DNA of 62,456 nt, filler included, from Rhabdomonas costata (Eukaryota): assembly GCA_019059605.1 (NCBI GenBank). It is 39 parts of 39 records of this genome, joined end to end, with 100 filler letters (N's around TTAATTAATTAA, not from the genome) between each part and the next. Parts side by side here need not be neighbours in the genome. Positions count along the whole stretch, not along the records: positions 48,132 to 49,634 come from JAHMHO010014322.1; positions 49,735 to 51,238 come from JAHMHO010014323.1; positions 51,339 to 52,840 come from JAHMHO010014324.1; positions 52,941 to 54,443 come from JAHMHO010014325.1; positions 54,544 to 56,045 come from JAHMHO010014326.1; positions 56,146 to 57,648 come from JAHMHO010014327.1; positions 57,749 to 59,251 come from JAHMHO010014328.1; positions 59,352 to 60,854 come from JAHMHO010014329.1; 31 more parts are not named here. One strand, written 5' to 3'. The position numbers were made by a program, and so were the translations under genes. The notes below the pieces were generated by a model. It was not told where the DNA came from and made no database searches. It saw only the letters and a program-made list of their open reading frames with translations. This document shows, piece after piece, positions 49,110-61,305 of the stretch. The first letter of the stretch is position 1, and each line of letters opens with the position of its first letter.

Positions 49110-49892
49110 CAAAGAAACTGGCGTACCCCTGCGCGCGGATCCAGCACCACGAGCATTCTTTTCCGCCGTCCTGGGCACGGTTCGGCAGTCGAATGGAGCG
49201 TGAGCGATGTCGTGGCTTTGTTGCTGGAACTTGTCCTGCCTCTCTTGTTTGTTCGCACCTGGTGTGAAGCATGGGAACGGGCATTCTGTACCGATACGGG
49301 TGGGTGATGACTTGACTGGAACCGTCGGCTGACTGACGTGCCCAGAAGGGGCGTTGGCTGCGGACTGCTGCTTTTTTGCGCGTGGTCATTCCTATGCACC
49401 CGTGGGCCAGTGGCATGTGGTTTGCTCCTATATCGAATTTCGGAGGTCGCCTGTAGTTGCGTTTTCGAAACGCAGCGTTTGACAAGCAATTCTTGTCTCG
49501 CACGGCAAAACCGCACGAGCACTGACCTTTGGCCGCGTTGCTGTGTGCACTTGTTTTCGCTCAGGAAGCGCCCATTTTCGTCCGCCCTGTTTTTCTATAT
49601 TTGCGATAACCAACAAACCAAACACACCCAGCACNNNNNNNNNNNNNNNNNNNNNNNNNNNNNNNNNNNNNNNNNNNNTTAATTAATTAANNNNNNNNNN
49701 NNNNNNNNNNNNNNNNNNNNNNNNNNNNNNNNNNTTTGGTCAATAGTTCGTCGTTCATTCCACTCGACAAGGTACAGTGCTGGCACTGGGGTGCGGATTG
49801 GTACTCATTGCAGCAGCAACCCACCGCGGCAGAGTATTTCCACTGGAGCTACTGAATCCACTGAAGCAAAACTGGGCCTTTCCCCACTCTCA

Positions 49893-50698
49893 TCACGCGC
49901 GAGCGAGAACCGCTGCGGCCGCTTGGAGCCTTCTGAGCTCAGCAGAGGCGTCCAAGTGGTGGGCCTTGGCCCTGTCACGGAGGCACTGGCCCTGCGAGCA
50001 CAGCTGTAGGAGGGTCTCGGAATGGCGCGCCCGCACCCGCGCATGCTCCGCCACAGCGCCACGCAGGCCGGCAGGGCCGTGACGGGCCCAGCCCTGTGCC
50101 GCATAGAGGGCCTGCTGCAGGGCCCGCTCCACTTCGCTGGCACGGTTGGAGAGGGCCTGGGCGGAGAGTGGGTTGCCTGGCACCGCCATTGGGAAATCAA
50201 AGCAAGGGACAAAAATGACGGGGATGCCGTGAAAAACGCTGAGCAGCAGAAATGCGTTGAACCAGTGGTGTCGTAAACATGGGGGATGTGTGCTGAAGTG
50301 GAGTGATCCCGAAAAGGGATTCGCAGCCGTGACCGGCATTCAGACTGAACTGTCCGCAAAAAGGGATGGACACCCCTCCCCCCGAACTTTCAAGAGAAAT
50401 CGCGATCCTTCTGCAGGAATTATCGTGTTCTCATGAGAGATTACCTCGTGCGGGTTCACTTTCACCCCATCCAAATCCGGGAAGGAATTCAGCTCCCCAC
50501 GTCTGGGGTGGTAAGAGTTTGCAGCCTTCGGCTCTCCTTCGCTCCGGCAGCAAGGTCAATCAAAAAAAGCGTGTTCTTGTTCGTCACCGTCTCCTCGGTG
50601 TAGCGCAACACGGTGGCACACAAGCCTTGTTCACGAAGCCACTGCAGCCGCCCGTAGGTGTGGGCGACCTCAAAAAGGCTCCCCACGTCGTACAATAG
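49893..50698 (-). CDS. C-terminal part of a Trm13/Methyltransf_32-like methyltransferase with a helical extension (exons 50698-50501, 50156-49893)
   Basis: YGRLQWLREQGLCATVLRYTEETVTNKNTLFLI resembles the Trm13 end 'GR..yL...G......Y....vs.eN.ll'. Phase-0 GT-AG join. Confidence 0.5.
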
Positions 50699-52037
50699 CT
50701 GCAAAAAAGTACAAACAACGAACTATAAATTGCAAATTGTTTTGCATCTTGCGACCTTGAACCCAGAACGACCTGTTCTTCTGCCATTGAAAAAGAAAGT
50801 AAAGAAAAGAAAAGAAAAGAAAAGAAAAGAAAAGAAAGAGAGAGAGAAAGAGAGCGTCTGAGGGCTAAGCCGAAGCAGGTCTGGGGTGTTTTGTATATAA
50901 AATGAGGAAGAAAGGAAGAAATGGATAAGAACAACAAAGGATAAAAAAGGCAAGGAAAAAGGCAGATAAACACTGGAACGAAAAAATGCCTCGAAAAATA
51001 CAAGATACCACGCAGTAATGCCTGCCTGCTGAGGGGATCTCGACGTGACGGGAACATTGGCAGCATTTTGTGGGCCTTCTAACGATTCCAACGACGAACT
51101 GATTCAGAGAGCGAATTCCCTCGTGCACAACGCTTTAGAACGCAATTACAAAAAATGAAACGACCACTAAAAACGACCCCCACACACATCACCCTGCCAC
51201 AACCATTTTCTTGAACACTCACGTTTCCCGTATGCACANNNNNNNNNNNNNNNNNNNNNNNNNNNNNNNNNNNNNNNNNNNNTTAATTAATTAANNNNNN
51301 NNNNNNNNNNNNNNNNNNNNNNNNNNNNNNNNNNNNNNGGTACGAAGGTACGTAGAAAAGTTGGTAAGTCGATCGAAAAACTTGAGAAACAGTGGAAAAA
51401 TGACTTAGGGCAACACCAACAGGGCCCAAGCGGGGTGTGCTGTAGTGCCGCGGTGGTGGTATAGGCCCGGCTTCCTGTTCAGACGTCACGTGTAAAATAC
51501 GAATCTAGTACTGGTGAGGACGAGTAGCACCTAACACCCAGTGTGTGTTCGCTCCTTTTTCCGTTTGGTTGTCTGACTGTTTCTTTGAGGCCCGATACCG
51601 CGCACTGCAATTTCCCCGTGCTTATGTGAATGAATGAATGCGGAGTAACCAACGAGAAGCAAAAGCCTGTGAGGTGAAAGGTGAAAAGGGAAGTTGGAGG
51701 AGAGAGAGAGAGAAACAGGCTTTGGGATCAGATTGATTGGATGAGCCGGAGAAATAGCCTGGGGGTAGCAGGGGATAGGTGCGCGTGCTCCCTCCAGTCA
51801 TGCTTTTTTGGATTTGGGGCTTGTATTTTGGGGGTTGGTTCTAGAGACCGGAAGTTTTTTTTGCGTCGTTTCCGTTGTCCAGGTGTTCTCCTATAGTCTT
51901 CCTGGGTTCAACGGGACTTTCACCTTAACCCGACCTTTGCTGGCTGCGATCTTCTCAGGTGAAAAAGCGAGTGTGCATGCTCTTGTTCCTTCTTGAAAGG
52001 ATATCGAACGATTTCCATAACTTCGGTTTTCTTTGCA

Positions 52038-52760
52038 ACAGGGCACGGAAGGGGGGGGGGGCAGTTTATTTTGCAACAACAAATGTCCCGAATGTCCCGA
52101 ATTTCGGGGATTTTATACCGACCGGTATTGAACAACTTCGAATCCGCTGTTTCAAAACGACCGCTTCAGAATTAGTCAACGTGGTGGGAACGAGAAAGGG
52201 GCTACCTTTAGCCTGTCCCATTGTTCCACCTCCAACATTCCTGGGTTTTTGTGAGAAGGGGCTGATGTTTCTGCTGACATTGCCTGTTGGAAAGGATGAG
52301 GGGGGATTCAATGTGCTGGACGTTGTTGTTGAAGAACGATAGCACCATGACTTTCTCCACTGTCTTGCAGGGGTGATCTGGAGATGGGACGACCCCGCCA
52401 TCCGAGCTGCCAATCCTGGCGCATCTTTGCCGAACGTCAACATAACCGTCTTATTTCGGACGGTGCATCCCCAACCCGACCCACACTGCACATACACGGG
52501 TTTCAGCACGCATGTGTTGACTTGGACCGCCTCGGAAGGCTGAAATATGTTAAGACGGTATGGGTGATGTCTCTCATTACCCTGGTTGAGGTGCGGCAGT
52601 GCGGGTACCGCGGGTACTGCGTGGGGCAAGAAGGGGCGCAGAAGGGATACTAAAGGGCCGCTGCTTCGGCTTGACCCTCAATTGTTCATCATCAAAAAAA
52701 TCAACGACCGATTTTTTTTTGGATTGAAATGAAACATAAAAATGGATCAATTGGAACCAC
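52038..52760 (-). mobile_element. Possible decayed Tc1/mariner-type DDE transposase
   Basis: Ordered remnants FFDDE ... GGPSQH ... PSPDHPCKTVEKV(W) resemble fsDE / QD.A..H / SPDlnpiE.vW, but are broken by stops. Confidence 0.35.
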
Positions 52761-53211
52761 CTCTTCCCGAAGAGTGCGAGCACACAGCAGCACTGCCAAC
52801 ACACCAGCTTCAAACTCACAAGCGCTGAGACCCAAACACCNNNNNNNNNNNNNNNNNNNNNNNNNNNNNNNNNNNNNNNNNNNNTTAATTAATTAANNNN
52901 NNNNNNNNNNNNNNNNNNNNNNNNNNNNNNNNNNNNNNNNGCCAGAAGAGAAGAGTTTATTGGAGGGATGGGAGGGTTTAGACGCGAGCTTTTCCTGTTG
53001 TAACGAGGTCTGTGGCTGGGGATGCGGAGACGACCAGGACTTTGTGCGAATCGGTGGTCCATTGTGCACATTGCCGCGTCTTGCTTTGGTGGTTCTCAGT
53101 ATCCGCTTCAGATCCACTTTGGATTTCAAGTCGGATTTCCTGATCGGCCTTCTCGGTGTAGCAATACTCTGTCGAAGTGGTAACCCTGCCCCCCTGACCC
53201 TGTCTTCGCAG

Positions 53212-53343
53212 GAGGAGGACCTGCTGCTGATCTTCCAGGCCATGCTAGGGTACAAGCAGCTGAAGATGATCGTCCGCTCCCCGGATAAGTCCCCGTTTGC
53301 CCTGGTGCAGTTCGTGGATGCTGCTCACGCCGCCTCGGCCATG
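53212..53343 (+). CDS. RRM exon (U1A/RBPMS-like)
   Basis: ttcgcag|EEDLLLIFQAMLGYKQLKMIVRSPDKSPFALVQFVDAAHAASAM, with RNP1-like FALVQF. The 3' boundary is uncertain (candidate GC donor). Confidence 0.75.
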
Positions 53344-54599
53344 GCACGTTTCCGTGTCTTCCTGTTGGTGTTTGGGCCAGTCCCAAAACCCAAAACCCTC
53401 CAGTTGGGTTGTATGTGGCCGGACTCGAGCGAGAGGTCAGGCGAAGTTGATTTGATTGCCCGCGGGCGATGCTCCACCTAGATGCCTCATGTTGTTCTTT
53501 GTCGTCTTCTGTGCATTTTTATGCTGTGCACGTTTTATTGTGGGAGCCTAAGCTTTTGGCCGGGCCTGTTTAGCTTACCTAAGGGTAGAGCCCCGGAGTA
53601 CTTCATGCTGGCACCGGAGTGAGCCGGAATGCTTCGATTTAGAGCCACGGTAGAGGCCATTTCAGGGCCTTTTAGGGGTGTTTTGGGGCCCTTCCTGCCT
53701 TTACACAGGCTTGAACCTTTTTGTTTTGGCACTAGCTTTGCATCGGGCTTTGATAATAATGAAAGAACTGTAGGCTGGCACATGTGGGCAAGACTGCCGC
53801 TTTTCGGAGACATACACACAACCACCTCAACAGGCAATTTGCAAGAAGCAAACTATTTCAGGAGATACAACCGTTTCGGGGGTTTACGCAGCAGTCAGCA
53901 AAGGAAAGGAAAAGGAGATAAGAGATCGACAGAAACTGTTCACACAGTGTATCTGGCGGCGTCAGCGCGCGGCGGGACCGGGGTGGGCGGCTGGGTTGGG
54001 ACGCTTCATGGTATGGGCGATTCCGTGTTCATCGACTGAACCGAAATTATCTTGGGGACGGGGGTTTGGAAAATCGTCTGTGCCTGCGCCGCACTGCAGT
54101 TCAAGGCGGGAACATTAGTGCATGACCGTTTAGCAGCATGAAATGCTTAACCTCCTCCCCCAAAGTGCACAGTTGCTCCAGTTATTCCTGTGGTGCGGTG
54201 CTACCGTCCGCCCACCTGCACGCCGGTGCGCCACTGATTTGTTTTTATTGCTATGGTACATTGGGACTTGGGACATGGGACATTGAGAGTGTATCAGTGT
54301 GCTATGGGCTATGCAATCCTACTGTCCCCCCCGAGATTTCTCCAGCATATGTGACTCGCAACGGAATGGAGCGTACATACCGCTGATTTTTGCAACAGAG
54401 TACCAGACACCCAAAACATAAGTTGGGGGTAACTTATCACATTNNNNNNNNNNNNNNNNNNNNNNNNNNNNNNNNNNNNNNNNNNNNTTAATTAATTAAN
54501 NNNNNNNNNNNNNNNNNNNNNNNNNNNNNNNNNNNNNNNNNNNGGTTTTGTGTGCTCTTCCCTTTTTCATGCCGCGGTGGTGGCTCTAAAACAAAAAAG

Positions 54600-55534
54600 G
54601 ACGTGGCCGTGGCCCACGTGGAGGCTCTTGTGCGACCGGAGGCGGCGGGGCAGCGGTTCATTGTTGGCCACGCCTCAATGTGGGCACTGGAGCTGGGCAA
54701 GCCCCTGCAGGAGCTCTTTCCTGACCTCAAGGCGTGTGAGTGACCTTAACGTGCTGCCTTCGTTGTTGGTGAGCTTTTGGGTCGGTCTCTGGGTGCAAAA
54801 CTGCAAAGCTAGGTGGTCCAAGCTTGGCTTGAGCGGTTGGCCTTTTCGCCCTCTCAGATTGATGCCCGGACTTTTTCCCCATACAAGCTGTGGCTGGCGT
54901 GGGCTCTGAGCTTTCTGAGGCCCTCGCTGCTGCCGCCCTTCTTCAATCACATCCTTTCCAAAAGAATCCTTTTTGACAGGTCTTGTTCCTTTTCTTTTGC
55001 AGAAACCACCACACACTGTCCAAAATCCGGCACAACAAAGTGGGAAGTGGGCACGCAATTGAGGGCTATGGAATGAACGGCAACGAAAGAATGGAGAACG
55101 GGAAAATGGGTGTGTGTTTCAAAATTGTGGGTCTGTGTTGATTCCTTTCTGAGAAATCAGGCGGCGTAGCCGTGGGTTCGCGGCTTCCTTTAGATTTAGC
55201 ATCGGGCTGCAGAATTTGCGTTATTTTTGTGTGCAATGCATCCTCAATTACCTTTCTTTGTTGACGGAGGACACAACACCAGAGCGAACTATGGGGTCAC
55301 CCTTTTCCATATGTACCCTCTGCGGTAGGTTTGTTTCTTGTTGCGCTGTTGCGTCGCGCGTGGTTTGGCGCGGTAAGCGACAGCACCTGGTTGGATCTCT
55401 TTGCATCTTTTCTCGGCAGCTCCAAGAGCCAGCAGGTGCTTCAGCTGTTATACACAGACCTTCGAGTCACTCTGGCGGATACCGTACGGTCTATGGTGGA
55501 CAGCGGTTGGGTGAAGGCCAGGTCGCGGAGTTAG
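54600..55534 (+). CDS. NAD-dependent epimerase/dihydroflavonol-reductase-like extended SDR, last 3 exons (54600-54731, 54858-54979, 55420-55534)
   Basis: DVAVAHVEALVRPEAAGQRFI...LFPDLK|IDAR...FDS|SKSQQVLQLLYTDLRVTLADTVRSMVDSG*, the typical FR_SDR_e C-terminus. Confidence 0.9.
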
Positions 55535-58156
55535 GCCCAAGAATGGCGTGGTGCCATTCTCTGGAAACGCTGAGGGGTTTCCTCTCCTTTTGCTGGACGT
55601 GCAACAGGGGTCACATATTTAGCCAGTGGGCACTCTACTGCGGGCTTGTGGTACTACTGTTTGGGTGTGCTATTTTTTCAGCGTAGCGCAATTTGTGAAG
55701 GGGACTTACTCGACTTACTTGACTTACTCCCTCCTTCCCTCCTTGGACTGGGATCGTTGGCAGCAAAGTCGCGTAGTCATGGATCGTCGGATTCAGTGTG
55801 TGATACGGGCGCGCCGTTGGTTTGTGGGGCGGGCCAAATGGTGGTTGCACGGTTTTTAGCAATACCAACAGCAACGTCCCTGGGACTACATTGCCAACAA
55901 CCCCACACATCACATGGGTTAAGCCAAGCAAGCTTCTACGCACGAAGAGTTGACAAGATTCAAAATAAAAAGGATCCTAAAATGGAAAATGATTCTGCTT
56001 CTGTCACCGCTTTCCCGCGTGAGTCAATGTTGGGACAAAACACAANNNNNNNNNNNNNNNNNNNNNNNNNNNNNNNNNNNNNNNNNNNNTTAATTAATTA
56101 ANNNNNNNNNNNNNNNNNNNNNNNNNNNNNNNNNNNNNNNNNNNNGGGTGTTGGGGTATCAGTGTGTTGGAGTTGTGCGTGTATCACTGTGTTGGGTTCC
56201 GTGTCGTGTGCGCTTGCTTCTTTGTGTGATTCTTATCCACTGTCGCTCTGTTGCTATGCGTGATGCCGTCTATCTTCCTTCTGCTCTAGTTCCCGCGTCT
56301 CACATACCGCCGCGAAAGGACAGAAACCGCTAGATGCCGCTCTCTCAAGTGCCATCCGAGTGCATAGACCACAGACAGCAGCTCAGACCCCAATATTCCG
56401 CATGCAAAGTTGAGTAATCGCTGGACTGAACGAGTCGATCAGGTACTCCTGGCAGCGCACGCTGGTAAACGACGGATGAGGCCACCACTCACTACTGTAG
56501 GGTGCGCTTAGGTGAACCACACGTGTGTATCTTAGTAGTAGATGTGGAAGCCCCACGTTGAACCTAGGGTATGTTGTGTAGTAGCTCAGAGCATAAGTTA
56601 CCACCTGATGTAGGGTTGGTCTGAGGTGAGCCATGAGGCAACCCATGATGGGCACTGCGTTATGGATTCAGTCAGTGGTAGGACACACCACCCTAGCAAC
56701 ATGAGGGCGATGTACACCAACCCATGGTAGTAGTTGGACTGGATGTGGAGGCTAACCATACGTCGTGGTGTGACCCATGGTAGTAGTGAATTGGCTGCCT
56801 GCTGCTATGGTATCCTTCCACCCGTAGTGTTAGCTCCTCCACCAAGTGTGGTGATGTCATGGGCTGTGGTTATGGTGATCCTGGCCACTTCAACCCACCA
56901 TCATCATGAGCACAGTAGACATAAGGTATGCATATAGTGTGTGTATTCCCTCTATGCGTATCTTGTGTTTATGTGGTGGTGGTGGTGGTGGTGGAGTAGG
57001 ACGTGCTGACCATGGCTACGCATCCCAGCCTCATGTCATAACAAGGTGTGTCCTGGGATACCCGCCAACCCATGGACATAGCAATGTACGTCTACGGAGG
57101 ATGTTGATGGATGCCGAGGAGCACCGACCTACCCAACGATGGCAGCAAAGGAAATGCATTATTTGGTGCACTGTGTGTGATTTAAGGCCCATGTTGTTGT
57201 CGGAAGTGGAAGGTATACACAGAAGCCGAACCCACACTCACACTCACCACTCAGTAGAAAGGTGAAGATGGAAAGCGTAAATCATCCACTCAGTTGAACA
57301 CAAACACAAACTGATGGAGTTACGCATGGCTACGCCAGGTAAGAACGAACGGAGGCACCTTATGGTGGCAAAGTGAGTGAAGAGACACGTGTATACGATG
57401 AGTTGAATCCTAGATGTCTTGTTCGTCGTTCCACCGCTGATGCGGTTCCACTCATCACCAGTAGAAAAAGAGAAAGCTGAAGAGACACTCCGGTCCAGCT
57501 CTCACTCCGGTAGTCACTGCGTTCCTCCATTCGTTTGTAATGTCTCAACGTATGATGGGTCGCATGCTCGGTACCTCCATTGCTCCAGTTCATTCTTCTT
57601 TTTTCACTTCGTCATGACTCGCTACGCTCGTTATTCCTCCACCAAACCNNNNNNNNNNNNNNNNNNNNNNNNNNNNNNNNNNNNNNNNNNNNTTAATTAA
57701 TTAANNNNNNNNNNNNNNNNNNNNNNNNNNNNNNNNNNNNNNNNNNNNCCCCCCCCCCCCGCATACTTTTTGAATATCAGCAGAAGGTTTGTTGTAATGC
57801 TGAACGCAGAGTCAGTAGCTAAGTATAACGAAGTGCTGGATGCAAATTGGGCTGCGGAGGGGGATTGCATCACCTTCTCTCCTCGGTATTCCTCGGTGCA
57901 ACTGTCGTATGATCTTTCTGGAAACGTTAACTTGGGAGTATCAATAAACTCAACCTTTTGGGACGTACACATCTCTTTCCATGAGGCGAGAGGTTTACGC
58001 TCTCCAGAGATAGAATAAAGTGCTCTAATATACCACAACCCCTTTCCACCGCACATTGTCGCTGGTGAATTTAAATTAGTGCGCGTGCGTGTGCGTGTGT
58101 GTGGGGGAGAGCGTTCCCCTCCCTTCGATTCCTTCGGTTCGGGGAGGGACAGCAAC

Positions 58157-58279
58157 CTTGCCCTGCCTGTCCTGCTCGACGGCGACCCTCCGAAGCAGGG
58201 CGATCTTCTGCTGGTAGGCCTCCCGGTGGACCTGCAGCGTGCGCCGCAGCTCCGCCAGGCTCTCTAGGTGCTGGCTGTC
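58157..58279 (-). CDS. Coiled-coil internal exon, protein unidentified
   Basis: ttgcag|DSQHLESLAELRRTLQVHREAYQQKIALLRRVAVEQDRQGK|gttgct; 123 nt, GC3-rich. Confidence 0.55.
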
Positions 58280-61105
58280 CTGCAAACACACACAAGAAGT
58301 CACTTTTGGGATTGAGGGTCGGAAGCAACTGGGGGGGAAACAAGGGGTTAGGTTTCAGTTGGGTAGGCTGAAAATTCCAGTTCCGACCAACGCTGTGCGT
58401 TCACGCAGGTTCACGCAGCCGTTTTCCTGTGCAAAAAAAAAGGTGCAGACAACCAATGGATAAGGAGAGAAGAAGAAGATAGAAGACAGCAGGGAACACA
58501 TCCCACATCCCAACATCAGAGGTGATAAATCCTTCCCCCAAACGAACAGTGGGTAAATCCTTCAGGACTTTTCAGGAGGGCGGATTAGCATGGCGCAGTA
58601 TTGCATTGAATCAGAGTTATAGTGTGAGGGTGCAATGGACCCGAAACCACCCCTATCAATGAAATCAAGTGAAATCAAGTTTTGCATCAACCTGACAAAA
58701 TCGAACGAAGACAACACACTGTCCCAAGCGAAAGCCCAAACGGAGCCAAATGCGTTGGTGGGTCACTAGGAACTCACGCTTTCAGCCCCATCCACGATAA
58801 CGCGATTGTCATCAATCAATGAAAGGGTAAATTGCAACATGCTAAACTCTGGGTTTCGGATGTGACTTACCGTATTAGGAAATATGTATGTGTCTGTGCG
58901 TGTGCGTGTGGTTGCAGAGGGGATTTCCCTCGGGCATGGTGGTACTTTCTCTCTCCTGTGAGTTTCGTGTGCGGCACGATTGGAATCAGCGCAGCATTTT
59001 TTATGCGGCTTCCCAGGAGGGCGATGGTATACCTTTTCGAACAACCCCGGCACGAAATCCATGAGACGAACGCCGCAATTTTTGCGATACTTCACGTGCC
59101 CTGGGGTTTCGCATGATATCAACCGTGTGGTTGATATAGCGGTTGTGCCTTTGTCTGAATTTTTCGGATGAACCTTCGCCATCTTTGCAACTCCCCCAAA
59201 GTGCATGATATCAACCACCCCTCGCACGTCACCTCGCCACCCCCACCACACNNNNNNNNNNNNNNNNNNNNNNNNNNNNNNNNNNNNNNNNNNNNTTAAT
59301 TAATTAANNNNNNNNNNNNNNNNNNNNNNNNNNNNNNNNNNNNNNNNNNNNGGGGTGGGGGGTTCACCAGAATGAATCGGAGGGCACTGCTGGGGACGGT
59401 GTAGTTTCTTTCGACCACCTCGGCGGAGGTCCATGATTGCCCCTGGAAGGTCGTGAACGAGTTTCCGTTTTCGTAAGACGCTCCAGCAAGACAAAAGGTC
59501 TGCCTGTGTGGGGTTCACCAGAATGAATCGGAGGGCACTGCTGGGGACGGTGTAGTTTCTTTCGACCACCTCGGCGTACTGGGGTTGGGGATGTTTTAAT
59601 GGGGAGCACTGTGACAAAGAGCTCGAGTTGACACCACGGTTTGCGGGGATTTGTGAGGGGCTGGAGAAAACAGTGCCATTGAGCAAAACTCTCCGGGATA
59701 CCCGCCAGGCAGCTGGAAAGAAGTTAGAAAATTGAAGGCCACTGTCCTGCAGGAGAAAAAGGCTCAAAACAAAATTTAAAATAAACCATTGTATCTGTCC
59801 ACAGCCTGACATCTTGCAGCGACAACAGATGCTAAGAGTCAAAATAAAGCATCGCATAAGAACGCATCACATATGAGAACATTTTCACACTCACCAACTG
59901 AGATTCACAGGGATTCTGCCTTGACCGGGAAATTCGCGCATTTCTTTTCGTTCACCGTACCATGCTTTGCAAAATGCACACTTCCCTACAGCAGCAAATC
60001 ACATGAGCGTAATTCAAAGCGCTCCGCAGAGGGCTGCTGCTGTATCGTGTCATTACCAGGTTTGCCCAAGGTTTGCTTCAGCTACTTCGTGCTAGTAGTG
60101 GGAACCGCACAATGGAAATCTCTTCAATCGGGGGTTTTTGTCTTTGCTCCTTTGCCCTCAAGTCGCGAGCGTTTTCCAAAAGGAGCACGTCGCATGCCAT
60201 ATGCTGATCTCATTGTAGATCGCCATTGTCGGGTTCTTCACGTATCACATAACATGCTGATTCCTCTCACCTCGCAGTACTTCATTTTCCCCGTTTCTTC
60301 TCGTCTAGAGGAAAAGGCGGGCAACTATGAATGTCCAAACCAACCTGCCGCATTGCTGGTATGCCTACTATTCTTTTTTGCACTTTCTGGCCCTTTCTGC
60401 ACCTAAGCTTGTTTTTTAAGCAGCTTTCAGGACCCCAAAACCAGAAGCATCGGGACAGAGAATGCCAGTGGTTAATTTGCCTGACTTCTCATTTTAGGTT
60501 GACTTTCTCTGCTCATTATATTGGAAATTTGTGGAAGTCAACGACAATGTCGCCCTTGATTGTTGGGCAAACTAATCCTCGTTTCTTCCTCGCATCAGGA
60601 CAACCAATGAATTGGAACCTCATCCACGCATCATGTGGGATGGGGTTCCCAAGCGTCCCAGCCAGGCGAGACTCGGACAAAGCTCCATCCCATCTCTATC
60701 ACCCTCTCGATGTGGCGAGACTTCTCAAACCTGTGGCATCACCGAAACTCTCCGATCCCACCCATTTTTCAGCGATTTGAAACAATCACGCAAGAAACAG
60801 GCTGCATCAGAAACAGGCCATATGTTGCCCCAAACCCCCAAGCACACCCAACACNNNNNNNNNNNNNNNNNNNNNNNNNNNNNNNNNNNNNNNNNNNNTT
60901 AATTAATTAANNNNNNNNNNNNNNNNNNNNNNNNNNNNNNNNNNNNNNNNNNNNCCACGTTGGTTGGATGTAGCTGGGTTGAGATTTGGCCTGACCTTCT
61001 AGCTTCCTCCGGAGGGTTTACCGGTCTTATCCGTCACGTGGACTAGGGAACTAGGCGAGGCGACTAGGTCCCTCCTTCCTCCGCCCCTTGCGCTGGTGCA
61101 GGAAC

Positions 61106-61305
61106 CTGAACTTCCCTTCCTGTGTTGTGGTCTGCACGGCCCTGCAGTAGCCCTCACGGTCCCGGGGCCCCAGCGCGCCGTAGAAGCCCTCAGAGTCGGC
61201 CTGCCACAGCTCCACCTCCGCCCCAGTAACAGGAGCACAGTCCTCTGAGGATAGCACTCTCCCGAATAACTCCAGGTCTGTGGTGGCCTGCCCTGGCAGG
61301 GCAAC
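61106..61305 (-). CDS. Intradiol ring-cleavage dioxygenase family exon
   Basis: LELFGRVLSSEDCAPVTGAEVELWQADSEGFYG..YCRAVQTTTQEGKF matches Dioxygenase_C 'G.V....C.P..GA.V..WQAD..G.Y....RG...TD..G.y'. Confidence 0.9.

Noticed and set aside
59361..59576. ~65-bp perfect direct repeat as an LTR or array
   Set aside because: One copy lies at the very start of the contig and is joined through microhomology (cctcggcg), like the other terminal chimeras.
1549..60910. TTAATTAATTAA recurring every ~1.6 kb as a CRISPR-like or biological periodic repeat
   Set aside because: It is always embedded in N44 on both sides, so it is a synthetic six-frame-stop contig linker.
6753..61305. Euglenid-type non-conventional (non GT-AG) introns or a reassigned genetic code
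   Set aside because: Every intron I could reconstruct is GT-AG or GC-AG, conserved exons have no in-frame stops, and genes end in ordinary TGA or TAG.
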